A stretch of 64,000 nt of DNA from Coprothermobacterota bacterium (GTDB taxonomy: Bacteria > Coprothermobacterota > HKB111): positions 1 to 64,000 of the forward strand of contig JBBIUB010000007.1 in NCBI GenBank assembly GCA_037440465.1, written 5' to 3'. Under the pieces are notes generated by a model. The model saw nothing but the letters and a program-made list of their open reading frames with translations, did not search any database and was not told the DNA's origin. Each line of letters begins with the position of its first letter. Within the stretch, counting starts at the first letter, position 1. Position numbers and translations under genes: made by a program. Shown here in pieces: positions 8,966 to 18,718 of this stretch.

Positions 8966-11230
8966 ATGAAGAAATGGTTAATGGTGTTGATGGTAAGTTT
9001 GTTAGTCATTACGCTGGTAGATTTTGCACCTCTTGCCTTTTCTCAGGTTATCCTCAAAGACATCAAGGATCACGAGTTCGAGTTTGAGATCAAGAAGTTA
9101 GTGGAATTTGGAATCGTCAAAGGTTTTCCTGATGGAACCTTCAGACCGGAGGCTCTGATCACCAGGGCTGAGGCAGCAGTAATCTTAGCCGGGATTAAGA
9201 AGCTCTCTCCTGTCAAACCTGAGGTAAGCCCTTTCAAAGATGTAGCACCCACTCACTGGGCTTATGGACATATCGTAGCTATACAGAGAGCTGGTCTCAT
9301 GAAGGGTTATCCAGATGGAACCTTCAGGCCTAGCGCCAACATCCTGAGAGCAGAACTGGCGGCCCTTCTGGGTCAAGCTAAGGGCTTAGAGAAGGAAGCA
9401 GTTAAGATAACAGAGCCTTTAGCATTAGCCAATGATGAAGGGATCATTCCTAAATGGGCGATAGGCTGGGTAACGTTAGGTACATTCCCCGAGCATCAGT
9501 TCTTAACTTACAGAAGGCCGAGAATGACCGCTCCATTAGCCCCTGCTACCAGGGGAGAAGTAGCCTACGGAGCCTATATGGTACATACTCCGCCGGTGGT
9601 CGGTGGAGAGATAAAAATAGGTATAGGTGCTGAACCAACAAGCCTGTGCCAGTGGTTTACCACCGACGCACTGAGATGGGACATTAACGCAGCCACCCAC
9701 TCATACTCCACCTACCTGGATCACCACTGGGATCGCTATCCTCAAATCCTGAGGGAGATTCCCACCGTGGAGAATGGCCTGGTAAAAGTTATAGGAGAAA
9801 CAGTGGAGATCACCTACAGATTTCGCCCCAGACTTAAGTTTAGCGATGGTACTCCTATGACCGTAGATGACTGGGCTTACTCCTTCATGGTCTTCATGGA
9901 CCGCATGGTGCCGGTATGGGGCAGGACGTTGGAAGAATCTATTGATTTTACTAAAGGAGTCGGTGCTCACGGAATCAAGGGATTTGACATCCTGGATGCC
10001 TACTCTGTTAAAGTTTACTATTTCCAGATCGACTACACAGCCAATGTTTTCCATCCTGGAGGAGAAGCAGTTCTATCCAGGCAGGTCCTAGAGCCAGCCT
10101 ATAAGAAGATGAAAGAGACAGGAGTAATAGACCACCTCACCAAAGCGGAAAATATAGCTCGAATGCCTGTCCAGATTGGCTACTTTCGTCAGGTAATCTG
10201 GGCGCCGGGAGTTCGCTTCGTCCATGAAAGAAACCCTCATTCACCTTTCGGTAGACCCCTTTTGGATCGGGTCATCTACGAGGTCGTTCCGGATACCACT
10301 GCTCGCCTGGCTCAAGTTATAGCTGGAGCACTGGATATCTCTGGTATTACCTTCGATGACGCCATGGTTCTGGACGAACGAATCGATGCGTTAAAGAAAG
10401 AAGGTAAGGTCTGGCACGGTCGTGCATGGTATGTGCCTGGCTTCTTTGTAGAAAATATCTTCTTCAACTTAGAAAACCCCCTCATGGCTGATATCAGAAT
10501 CAGAAAGGCTATTGCCTATGGCATTGACCGGCAGGCAATGGTGGATGCATTCTTTAAAGGAAGACAAAAGGTGGCTCACAGCTATATTGTTCCTCACCAC
10601 TGGGCTTATAGCGACGATGTAGTAAAATACCCCTATGACCCGGAGAGAGCCAAAGCCCTGCTGGAAGAGGCTGGCTGGAAGGTAGGTCCTGATGGGGTCA
10701 GGGTTAAGGACAGGGTAAGATTGACAATTGAACTGGTAACCAACTCCGGTCATAGAACAAGAGAAATGACCCAGGCTATCTTTAAAGAACAATTAAAGAA
10801 GGTTGGGATTGACCTGGATATTAGCAAGAATTTGCCCTGGGCTGCTTACTTTGCCCGCGACCATCTCTTCAGGAGAAGGTTCAATCATTTAGCCATGCAT
10901 GGCATGAGTCCGGGCATCCTGGGGGTATTCGATATGCGTTTCAGGGCAGATAGCATCCCGAGAGCAGAAAATGCTTGGACAGGCTCCAACTTTATGGCCT
11001 ATGAGAACTGGGAAGTTAACGAGCTCTACAAGGCGGTTAGGAAGGAGATGAGCGAACCAGAACGGAAGAAACTGATGGCTAAATTACTTAGGATTCTATC
11101 AGAGGAGCTTCCTACCATTCCTTTATATGTAACAGTTTCCACCTTCTACAGCAAGCACAAGATAGGAAACTATACCAGTTATGCCTGGTATTATGGTCAC
11201 TGGTGGTGGCGCAAGGACGGTAAGCTATAA
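8966..11230 (+). CDS. SLH-domain protein fused to a family-5 (peptide/nickel-type) ABC solute-binding domain
   Basis: Signal peptide without a lipobox; SLH repeats (GFPDGTFRPEALITRAE, GYPDGTFRPSANILRAE, degenerate third ATRGE); SBP5 motifs FSDGTPMTVDD, IRKAIAYGIDR, YDPERAKALLEEAGW, ELPTIPLY. ATG 8966 follows AAAGGAG. Confidence 0.88.
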   Translation: MKKWLMVLMVSLLVITLVDFAPLAFSQVILKDIKDHEFEFEIKKLVEFGIVKGFPDGTFRPEALITRAEAAVILAGIKKLSPVKPEVSPFKDVAPTHWAYGHIVAIQRAGLMKGYPDGTFRPSANILRAELAALLGQAKGLEKEAVKITEPLALANDEGIIPKWAIGWVTLGTFPEHQFLTYRRPRMTAPLAPATRGEVAYGAYMVHTPPVVGGEIKIGIGAEPTSLCQWFTTDALRWDINAATHSYSTYLDHHWDRYPQILREIPTVENGLVKVIGETVEITYRFRPRLKFSDGTPMTVDDWAYSFMVFMDRMVPVWGRTLEESIDFTKGVGAHGIKGFDILDAYSVKVYYFQIDYTANVFHPGGEAVLSRQVLEPAYKKMKETGVIDHLTKAENIARMPVQIGYFRQVIWAPGVRFVHERNPHSPFGRPLLDRVIYEVVPDTTARLAQVIAGALDISGITFDDAMVLDERIDALKKEGKVWHGRAWYVPGFFVENIFFNLENPLMADIRIRKAIAYGIDRQAMVDAFFKGRQKVAHSYIVPHHWAYSDDVVKYPYDPERAKALLEEAGWKVGPDGVRVKDRVRLTIELVTNSGHRTREMTQAIFKEQLKKVGIDLDISKNLPWAAYFARDHLFRRRFNHLAMHGMSPGILGVFDMRFRADSIPRAENAWTGSNFMAYENWEVNELYKAVRKEMSEPERKKLMAKLLRILSEELPTIPLYVTVSTFYSKHKIGNYTSYAWYYGHWWWRKDGKL

Positions 11231-11265
11231 GCAAATAGCTTTAATACCTGGAGTCATTCAAGCAT

Positions 11266-11293
11266 GGGAGGCGCGAAAAGCGCCTCCCTTTTT
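11266..11293 (+). terminator. Rho-independent terminator
   Basis: GGGAGGCGC-GAAAA-GCGCCTCCC followed by TTTTT. Confidence 0.9.
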
Positions 11294-11383
11294 CGGGTTC
11301 TGGACGAATAAAAGCCATGAAAGGTAATCTATGATTTTTGGTGTATAATTTATTTAGGTTTTTAAGTTAAAGGAGGCTTGTAG

Positions 11384-13024
11384 ATGATTGTTATTACACC
11401 TGATAACTTTAAAACTGAGGTATTAGATTCTTCCACGCCGGTTGTTTTAGATTGCTGGAGACCGGGCTGTCATATCTGCGAGGAATTAATGCCTCAGGTG
11501 GAAGTATTAGCAGAAGATTTCCCGGGTAAGGTAAAGCTGGCATCTTTAAATGTTAGCGAACATCGTAATTTTGCCCTGGCAAATCTTGAAAAGAGGATCA
11601 TGTATCCTACCTACTACTTTTTCCTAAACGGGAAAATAGTAGATAAAACTTATGGTACGGAATGCACTCTTAACGCTATAAAAGAAAAAACCAAAAAGGT
11701 TGTGGAAATGGCAGAGAATAAGAATATCTCAAAAACAGTTTCCCTTAAGTTTGGCATGTACTATATTAAGGATGTCCAATTTGGAAACAAAACAGAAATC
11801 AAGAATCAAGTCCTTTTCGTCGACAAAGAGGATTTGATAAACCTGTTGAAAACTGATTCGCGCCTTAAAGGGGTTGATGTAGATATAGCCAAACCTGGAG
11901 AGTCTGTACGTATTCTCCCCGTGAAAGATGTAGTGGAGCCCAGGATTAAAGTAGAGGGTGGAAAAAAGTATTTTGCTGGCATCCTTGGAGAACTTACTCC
12001 TGTAGGCGAAGGATTGACCAATGTTCTCAAGGGAGTAGCTGTGATTACTGTAGGGAGAATGGTCGCTTTTCAAGAAGGTGTAATAGACATGAGTGGTCCC
12101 GGTGCTGATTACTCTCCTTTTTCAAGGAATTTGAATGTCTGTCTTTTGCTGGAACCCGTAGTTGGTATTACCCGACATGCCCATGAAGAGGCATTAAGGT
12201 TAGCAGGTTTAAAAGCTGCTACCTATCTGGCAGGAGCTACTATAGGTATTGAACCCGATGAAGAAAAGAAGTATGTAAGAGAGCCTATTACAGAGCTGGT
12301 TGGCAAATATCCAGAATTACCAAAGGTAGGTTATGTAAAGTTAATACTGGCTCAAGGACTTCTTCACGATACCTATGTTTACGGCGTGGACGCCAAAAGA
12401 ATCATCCCAACAATTATGGAGCCTTTGGAAGCGGTAGATGGATCTATAGTGAGTGGTAATTGTGTTTCGTCTTGCGATAAAAGCACTACTTATCACCATC
12501 AAAATGATCCTGTGATAATAGAGCTCCTGCAAAAGCACGGCAAAGAGGTAAATTTCCTGGGTACAATTGTAGCTTCTGAAGGAGTTACTCTTGATGAAAA
12601 GAAACGCTCTACTTATATGGCTGCAAAAATAGCTAAATCACTTGGCTTAGACGGAGCCATTGTCACTCAGGAAGGATTTGGAAACCCTGACACTGATCTT
12701 ATGCTTACCTGTAAGAACCTTGAGAAATATGGGATAAAGACCGTGCTCGTAACTGATGAATATGCTGGAAGGGATGGTTCATCCCAATCATTGGCAGATG
12801 CTACTCCCGAAGCAACTGGTGTAGTTAGCTCGGGTAATGCAAATGAACTTATAAAGCTCCAACCTATGGATAGAATTATCGGCGATAAGAATAGTATTAA
12901 TGTAATGGCTGGTGGTTTTGAGGATTCACTTAAAGATGATGGAAGTATGGTTGTTGAATTGCAGGTTATTGTTGGTGCTACTAACCAGTTAGGTTTGACT
13001 AACCTTTCTGCCAAAACTGTTTAA
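11384..13024 (+). CDS. grdE: Thioredoxin fused to glycine/sarcosine reductase component B proprotein (GrdE/GrdG type)
   Basis: Residues ~1-108 look like thioredoxin (LDCWRPGCHIC); then IKDVQFG, PGESVRILPVKDVVEPR, FQEGVIDMSGPG, SGNCVSSCDKSTTYHHQN, EGFGNPDTDL, TDEYAGRDG in one frame. Confidence 0.92.
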   Translation: MIVITPDNFKTEVLDSSTPVVLDCWRPGCHICEELMPQVEVLAEDFPGKVKLASLNVSEHRNFALANLEKRIMYPTYYFFLNGKIVDKTYGTECTLNAIKEKTKKVVEMAENKNISKTVSLKFGMYYIKDVQFGNKTEIKNQVLFVDKEDLINLLKTDSRLKGVDVDIAKPGESVRILPVKDVVEPRIKVEGGKKYFAGILGELTPVGEGLTNVLKGVAVITVGRMVAFQEGVIDMSGPGADYSPFSRNLNVCLLLEPVVGITRHAHEEALRLAGLKAATYLAGATIGIEPDEEKKYVREPITELVGKYPELPKVGYVKLILAQGLLHDTYVYGVDAKRIIPTIMEPLEAVDGSIVSGNCVSSCDKSTTYHHQNDPVIIELLQKHGKEVNFLGTIVASEGVTLDEKKRSTYMAAKIAKSLGLDGAIVTQEGFGNPDTDLMLTCKNLEKYGIKTVLVTDEYAGRDGSSQSLADATPEATGVVSSGNANELIKLQPMDRIIGDKNSINVMAGGFEDSLKDDGSMVVELQVIVGATNQLGLTNLSAKTV

Positions 13025-13038
13025 AGGAGGATTAGGTA

Positions 13039-13515
13039 GTGGGAATATTTTCTGGAAAAAAAATATGTGCCATTGGTGAACGAGATGGTATCCCTGGACC
13101 CTCGTTAGAAGCTTGCGTAAGTTCTATGGGTGGAAATGTGGTATTCTCTACCTCGGAATGTTTCGTCTGAACTGCTGCTGGATCAATGGACTTAGAAAAT
13201 CAGAATAGGGTTAAAGAAATTGCAGAAACATATGGCGTAGAAAACGTCGTAGTTGTACTTGGCAATTTAGACCCTGGTGGCGCTGAAGTATTTGCTGAGA
13301 CAGTCACTAAGGGAGACCCTACTTATGCAGGTCCATTGGCAGGAGTTTCGTTGGAACTCCCGGTTTATCATATTTTCGAGTTGAAGGAAGAAGTAGATAA
13401 AGATATATGGCAAGATAATGTAGCAATGATGGAGCTTGTTCTGGATGTAGAAGGCCTTATCAGCACAGTAAAAAACATAAGAAATATTTACAGTAAAAAT
13501 ATTATCCCGGTTTAA
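13039..13515 (+). CDS. grdA: Glycine reductase selenoprotein A (Sec at UGA 13168-13170)
   Basis: GTG 13039 after AGGAGG; GERDGIPGP...ECFV-UGA-TAAGSMDLENQ is in frame with track ORF 13186-13515 (GDPTYAGPLAGV). CxxU at codon 44; 158 aa. Confidence 0.95.
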
Positions 13516-13528
13516 GGAGGTGGATTGC

Positions 13529-14839
13529 ATGGGAAAATATCGCGTTGTTCACTACATAAACCAGTTCTTCGGAGGAATAGGCGGAGAAGATAAGGCAGGA
13601 CTACTTCCACAGGTAAGATCCGGGAAAGCAGGACCTGGAATAGCCCTCCAGAATTATCTTGGGGAAGAATTTGAGATAGTAGCGACTATTGTATGTGGAG
13701 ATAATTATTTTGCTGAAAACACAGTCAAGGCTACCAGTGAAATTCTGAATATGATTAAAGAGTATAAACCTGATATTTTCTTCGCTGGACCAGCATTTAA
13801 TGCTGGTAGATATGGTATTGCTTGTGGAGCTATTTGTGAAACTGTACAGGAAACATTCAAAATACCCGCTGTTATGGGTGTATATCCTGGAAGCCCTGCT
13901 GCAGATATGTATGCCAGGGTATTAACTTTGGCTGCTACTGCTGATTCAGCCCGTGGCATGGAAGAAGCTATAAAAAGAATGGTTTATATTGGACTCAAGC
14001 TTTTCAGGAATGAGTCTCTTGCTGACCCGGAGGTAGATAATTACATACCAAGAGGAATTAGGAAAAACATCCTTCTTCCAGATATAGGTGCTAAAAGAGC
14101 TGTAGAAATGCTGGTTAAGAAGCTAAAAGGAGAGTCCTTTATAACTGAATATCCCATGCCTGTCTTTGATAGGGTTCCACCTGCTCATCCTATAATAGAC
14201 CTTTCTCAAGCGGTTATAGGTTTGACCGGTTGCGGAGGAATTGTACCCAAAGGGAATCCTGATAGAGTAGAGGCTTCCAGTGCCACTAAATATGGCACTT
14301 ACAGTATCGCAGGTATTGATAACTTGACTGGAGATCAGTTTGAATCTGCCCATGGTGGATACGATACAACCTACGCGAATGAAGATCCTGACAGAGTACT
14401 ACCAGTAGATGTATTAAGAGAAATGGAAAAAGAAGGTAAGATCAAAAAGCTTCATGACATATTTTATTCTACAGTTGGAAATGGAACTTCAGTTGATAAC
14501 GCCAGGAAGTATGGCCAGGAAATTGCTCAAAAATTTAAAGACTCTGCAGTTAACGCTGTTATTGTAACCTCTACTTGAGGAACCTGCACGCGTTGCGGTG
14601 CAACGCTAGTGAAAGAAATAGAACGGTTGGATATTCCAGTTGTACATGTAGCCACTGTTGTACCCATATCTCAAACAGTTGGAGCAAATAGAATTGTTCC
14701 AGCTGTGGCCATACCTCACCCACTGGGTAATCCCAGGCTTTCGAAAGATGAAGAATATAACCTGAGAAAAAAAATAGTAGAAAAGTGCCTTAAAGCATTA
14801 AGTACCCACATAGATACGCAAACAGTCTTTACAGATTAG
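13529..14839 (+). CDS. grdB: Glycine/sarcosine reductase component B selenoprotein (Sec at UGA 14576-14578)
   Basis: HYINQFFGGIGGE...TST-UGA-GTCTRCGATLVKEIER joins two track ORFs in frame. UxxCxxC at codon 350; 436 aa. Confidence 0.95.
14587..14611 (+). promoter_or_regulatory. Candidate bacterial SECIS hairpin of grdB
   Basis: GCGTTGC-GGT-GCAACGC stem starts 12 nt after the UGA and extends by CAC/GTG; loop contains G. Confidence 0.7.
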
Positions 14840-14860
14840 ACTTAGATACATAATTTGATT

Positions 14861-14890
14861 AAAAAAGGGGGGGAGGTTCGTCTCCCCCCT
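14861..14890. terminator. Strong stem-loop between grdB and grdCD; U-tract only on the minus strand
   Basis: AAAAAA-GGGGGGGAGG-TTCG-TCTCCCCCCT with a UUCG loop. Confidence 0.65.
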
Positions 14891-14918
14891 CATCAAGATG
14901 AAGGAGGTGTTTTTATAA

Positions 14919-17489
14919 TTGAAACCAGTTGTTAGGGGGGTTGCCTTATCTCTTGTTCATGTTCCAAATCTAATGTCTCACTATGGTAACATTCCTTATT
15001 ATGAGAGTAAATTTAGACCTGAATCAGAGTATCTAAATAATCTGCCTATCAACCTTAGAACCTATGAGGAGGCTGTGGCGTATGCTCCAAACCAGGTATT
15101 TATTGGAAATCTACAACCAGAAAAACTTAGAGAGATAAAAAGACCCTGGCATAATAATCCTATTCCATCAGCCAGAAGAGAAGGTGAGTGGGGAGAAATT
15201 ATACCTGAAGAAGAATTTTATGCCTGGCTAAAAATCTCAGATTCATTTGACCTTGTCTGGTTGAAAAAAGATTATATATTACAGATAAAAGAGAAAATTA
15301 GTAATCATTCTTTGATTCAATCATCAGATTTTAAGGATCTCGGTGAAGGGAAAACCGTAGATGATATAGAAAAATTAATATCCGATGGAACAGCAATTAG
15401 ACTCTGGTTAAATAATCAATTTATTGGTTGCATAAGAAATGCTCACTCTTATGACGAAAATCTTAAAGGATACCCACTTTTAGAGAAATTATCTAACAAA
15501 GCCACAGCTGTCATTGTTTTAAGACAACTAATTAAATACACTGGTTTAAATCCTTCGGATATTGACTTTATTCTGGAGTCATCTGAAGAAGCTGTTGGAG
15601 ATATGTTTCAACCCGGAGGAGGAGATTTAGCAAAATCTATAGCAGAGAAAGCCTTCTGTATTAATGCTAATGGTATGGATGTTAGAGCTTTTTGTGCTGG
15701 TCCTGCTGGAGCTGTAATTTTAGCAGCTTCTATGGTTAAGGCTGGTATATGTAAAAACATTGTGGTTATCGGTGGTGGTTCAGTACCTAAGCTTGGCATG
15801 AACTCAAAAGAACATATAGCAAAAGGTATAAAAGCTTTAGAAGATTGTCTTGGTGCAGCAGCAGTTTTGATAAGTGAAAACGATGGTTTATCACCAGTGA
15901 TCAATACAGATTCTATAGGACGCCACAAGGTTGGATCAGGAGCTTCTCCTCAAGCCATAACTTCTGCTTTAGTTTTAGAACCCCTTAAGAAGTTGGGTCT
16001 TAAATTTTCAGACATAGATATATATGCTCCGGAACTTCACAATCCTGATATAACTGAACCTGCTGGAGCTGGTGATGTTCCCCTTGCCAACATTAAAATG
16101 ATCGCTGCTTTGGCTGTTATGCAGGGGGAATTAAAAAGAGAAGAGATGGACAACTTTATAATAGAAAAGGGGGTTATAGGTTTTTCACCGACTCAAGGTC
16201 ACATCCCTTCAGGTATTCCCATTTTAGGTTGGGTAAGAAAGGAGATTATAAATAAAAAAATTAATAGAGCAATGGTGGTAGGTAAAGGGAGCCTATTCCT
16301 CGCAAGGATGACCAACCTTGCTGAAGGCTTCTCCTTCATAGTTGAAAATAATTCAACTGAGAAAATTGACATGCTAAAAAGTATTCTTCCTATAACAGTA
16401 AAAGAATCATTCAAAATCGGAATTACTCTTCCTGGAAATGAATTTGGTCCTCAGGAGATTATCAAAGGTGCTGAAATGGCAGCCAGAGATAATCGTTCCC
16501 TTGAGATAATCCTGATAGGAAACAAAAACTATGGTTCACATTTGTCTCTAATTGAAACTGAAGATAATCTTAAAAGTTGTCATCAGAAAATGGAATCTAT
16601 GTTAGATTCTAGTCAATTAGACGGAGCAGTTACTTTACATTATGATTTCCCTATAGGTATTACAACTGTTGGGAAGGTAAAAACCCCAGGAAGAGGTAAG
16701 GATGTGTATGTCTCAACAACTACAGGTTTTTCTGCTATTAGCAGGGTAGAAGCTATGATTTTAAATACTATTTATGGGATAGCAATTGCCAAGGCTCATG
16801 GTATATCTTCACCTACTGTAGGCATTATTAATGTAGAAGGCTCCCGTCTTGTAGAAAAAGCTCTTCAGGAACTTTATGCTAATGGATACCCTATAAATCC
16901 AGGACATTCGTTAAGAGCTGACGGAGGGATGGTCCTACGAGGAAATGATCTTTTAGCTGGCTCAACAGATGTGATGATATGCGACTCTTTAACTGGAAAT
17001 ATTCTAACTAAAATCTTTTCAGCCTTTTTAACAGGAGGGGATTATGAAGGAATAGGATATGGTTATGGACCTGCAGTTGGAAGAGGATCTAAGAGAAAAA
17101 TATCAATAGTTTCTCGTGCCTCAGGAGCTTCAGCTATTAAAGGAGCTATAGAAGACCTTCTTCATTGCATTAGAGGTGATTACCTTTCATTTGTGGAAAA
17201 AGAACTGTCGCTGGCTGAAAATGCGGGTCTTCAAGAGATAATAGAGAAACATATCCTCATATGTCAAGAGCCAAAAGTGGAAAGAGTAAAACTCATAGTA
17301 TCACCTAAACCCTGCGATGAGGAAATACCCGGAATTGACGTTCTTATGATAGATACAGCAGTGGATTTACTTATGGTGGAAGGTATATATGCTGAACCAT
17401 GTATGGGTTGTACAGGGCCTGCTGTGAGGATTAATAAAGATGATAAAGAAAAGGCTGTAAAAGCCCTTAAAAATCGAGGTTTAATTTAG
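14919..17489 (+). CDS. grdCD: Fused glycine reductase component C (GrdC beta + GrdD alpha)
   Basis: N-part: SEEAVGDMFQPGGG, DVRAFCAGP, PKLGMN, PTQGHIPSG, GKGSLFLARMTNL (GrdC). C-part: KIGITLPGNE, HYDFPIG, RADGGMVLRGNDLL, GYGYGP, SRASGA, MGCTGP (GrdD). One 856-aa ORF. Confidence 0.92.
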   Translation: MKPVVRGVALSLVHVPNLMSHYGNIPYYESKFRPESEYLNNLPINLRTYEEAVAYAPNQVFIGNLQPEKLREIKRPWHNNPIPSARREGEWGEIIPEEEFYAWLKISDSFDLVWLKKDYILQIKEKISNHSLIQSSDFKDLGEGKTVDDIEKLISDGTAIRLWLNNQFIGCIRNAHSYDENLKGYPLLEKLSNKATAVIVLRQLIKYTGLNPSDIDFILESSEEAVGDMFQPGGGDLAKSIAEKAFCINANGMDVRAFCAGPAGAVILAASMVKAGICKNIVVIGGGSVPKLGMNSKEHIAKGIKALEDCLGAAAVLISENDGLSPVINTDSIGRHKVGSGASPQAITSALVLEPLKKLGLKFSDIDIYAPELHNPDITEPAGAGDVPLANIKMIAALAVMQGELKREEMDNFIIEKGVIGFSPTQGHIPSGIPILGWVRKEIINKKINRAMVVGKGSLFLARMTNLAEGFSFIVENNSTEKIDMLKSILPITVKESFKIGITLPGNEFGPQEIIKGAEMAARDNRSLEIILIGNKNYGSHLSLIETEDNLKSCHQKMESMLDSSQLDGAVTLHYDFPIGITTVGKVKTPGRGKDVYVSTTTGFSAISRVEAMILNTIYGIAIAKAHGISSPTVGIINVEGSRLVEKALQELYANGYPINPGHSLRADGGMVLRGNDLLAGSTDVMICDSLTGNILTKIFSAFLTGGDYEGIGYGYGPAVGRGSKRKISIVSRASGASAIKGAIEDLLHCIRGDYLSFVEKELSLAENAGLQEIIEKHILICQEPKVERVKLIVSPKPCDEEIPGIDVLMIDTAVDLLMVEGIYAEPCMGCTGPAVRINKDDKEKAVKALKNRGLI

Positions 17490-17517
17490 TAACCTACTTA
17501 ATCACTTACATTTTAGA

Positions 17518-17546
17518 TTGACCCTTCAGGGTTTAGATGTTAAAAT
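17518..17546 (+). promoter_or_regulatory. Sigma70-type promoter of the kor-gdh operon
   Basis: TTGACC-N17-TAAAAT with extended -10 TG. Confidence 0.7.
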
Positions 17547-17590
17547 AAATATTGAACCTATACAAAAAAATAACCAATTAGAGAGGTAAT

Positions 17591-18709
17591 ATGAGAAAAT
17601 TATTGCAAGGAAATGAGGCTTGTGCCCTTGCTTCAATAAAAGCTGGGCTCAAGTTTTTCGCTGGTTATCCTATAACACCTTCCTCAGAAATTGCTGAGAT
17701 TTTATCAAAGTATCTCCCTTTAGAAGGAGGTACTTTTATTCAGATGGAAGATGAGTTGGCAAGTATCAATGCTATAATTGGCGCCTCATTAGCAGGAACT
17801 AAATCCATGACTGCCACTTCAGGACCAGGGTTCTCTCTTATGCAAGAGGGTATTGGTTATGCAGCCATGGTCGAAGCCCCTATTTTAATAGTAAATGTTC
17901 AAAGAGGTGGTCCAAGTACAGGCCTTCCAACAGAGGTATCTCAGGGAGACTTAATGCAATCCCGATGGGGTAGCCATGGCGATTATCTTACTATTGTTCT
18001 TAGTCCTTCTTCAGTAAAAGAAATGTATACTATGACTTTTGAAGCTTTCAATCTTGCTGAGCGTTTTCGTGTACCGGTTATTTTACTTTCTGATGAAGTA
18101 GTTGGACATCTTAGAGAGGGTATAGACTTGGATGAAATCTCCATACCTCCTATAATAAACAGAACAATACCAATTGCGCTTCCAGAAAAATATTATCCTT
18201 TTGATGCAACAAGAGATGAAGTCCCTGCTTTACCTGAGTTTGGTTCGGGTTATAGATTTCATGTAACAGGATTATTTCACAATAAAAAAGGTTTTCCCAC
18301 AAGTAATCGAAGTGAAATTGCTTTTCTTACAGAAAGGCTTCACGAAAAAGTAAAATCTCATATCAAAGAATTTTTTAGAATTGATGAGTACTTAACTGAA
18401 GACACCGAGATACTGTTTGTATCCTATGGCATAACAGCAAGGTCTGCTCTTGAAGCATGTAATATATTGAGGAGTAAAGGGATAAAAGCTGGTAATCTTA
18501 GGTTGTTAATATTAAATCCAATGGATGATGATTTTCTAAAAGAAAAAATGGAGAAGGCGAGTACTATTTTTGTCCCAGAATTGAATAGGGGGCAATTAGT
18601 TTTAGACATCAAACGCCTTGCTTGTAATAAAAAAATAATACCTATCAATCGATTTGATGGGGATATTTTTACACCCGAAGAGCTAGTCAACAGAGTGCTT
18701 CAGAATTGA
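17591..18709 (+). CDS. korA: 2-oxoacid:ferredoxin oxidoreductase alpha subunit
   Basis: GNEACA, FAGYPITPSSEI, QMEDE, TATSGPGFSL, QRGGPSTG. Confidence 0.92.
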   Translation: MRKLLQGNEACALASIKAGLKFFAGYPITPSSEIAEILSKYLPLEGGTFIQMEDELASINAIIGASLAGTKSMTATSGPGFSLMQEGIGYAAMVEAPILIVNVQRGGPSTGLPTEVSQGDLMQSRWGSHGDYLTIVLSPSSVKEMYTMTFEAFNLAERFRVPVILLSDEVVGHLREGIDLDEISIPPIINRTIPIALPEKYYPFDATRDEVPALPEFGSGYRFHVTGLFHNKKGFPTSNRSEIAFLTERLHEKVKSHIKEFFRIDEYLTEDTEILFVSYGITARSALEACNILRSKGIKAGNLRLLILNPMDDDFLKEKMEKASTIFVPELNRGQLVLDIKRLACNKKIIPINRFDGDIFTPEELVNRVLQN

Positions 18710-18718
18710 GGTGTAATT

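Noticed and set aside
13186..14839. Track ORFs 13186-13515, 13520-14578 and 14609-14839 as separate or broken genes
   Set aside because: They are parts of grdA and grdB split at Sec UGA codons.
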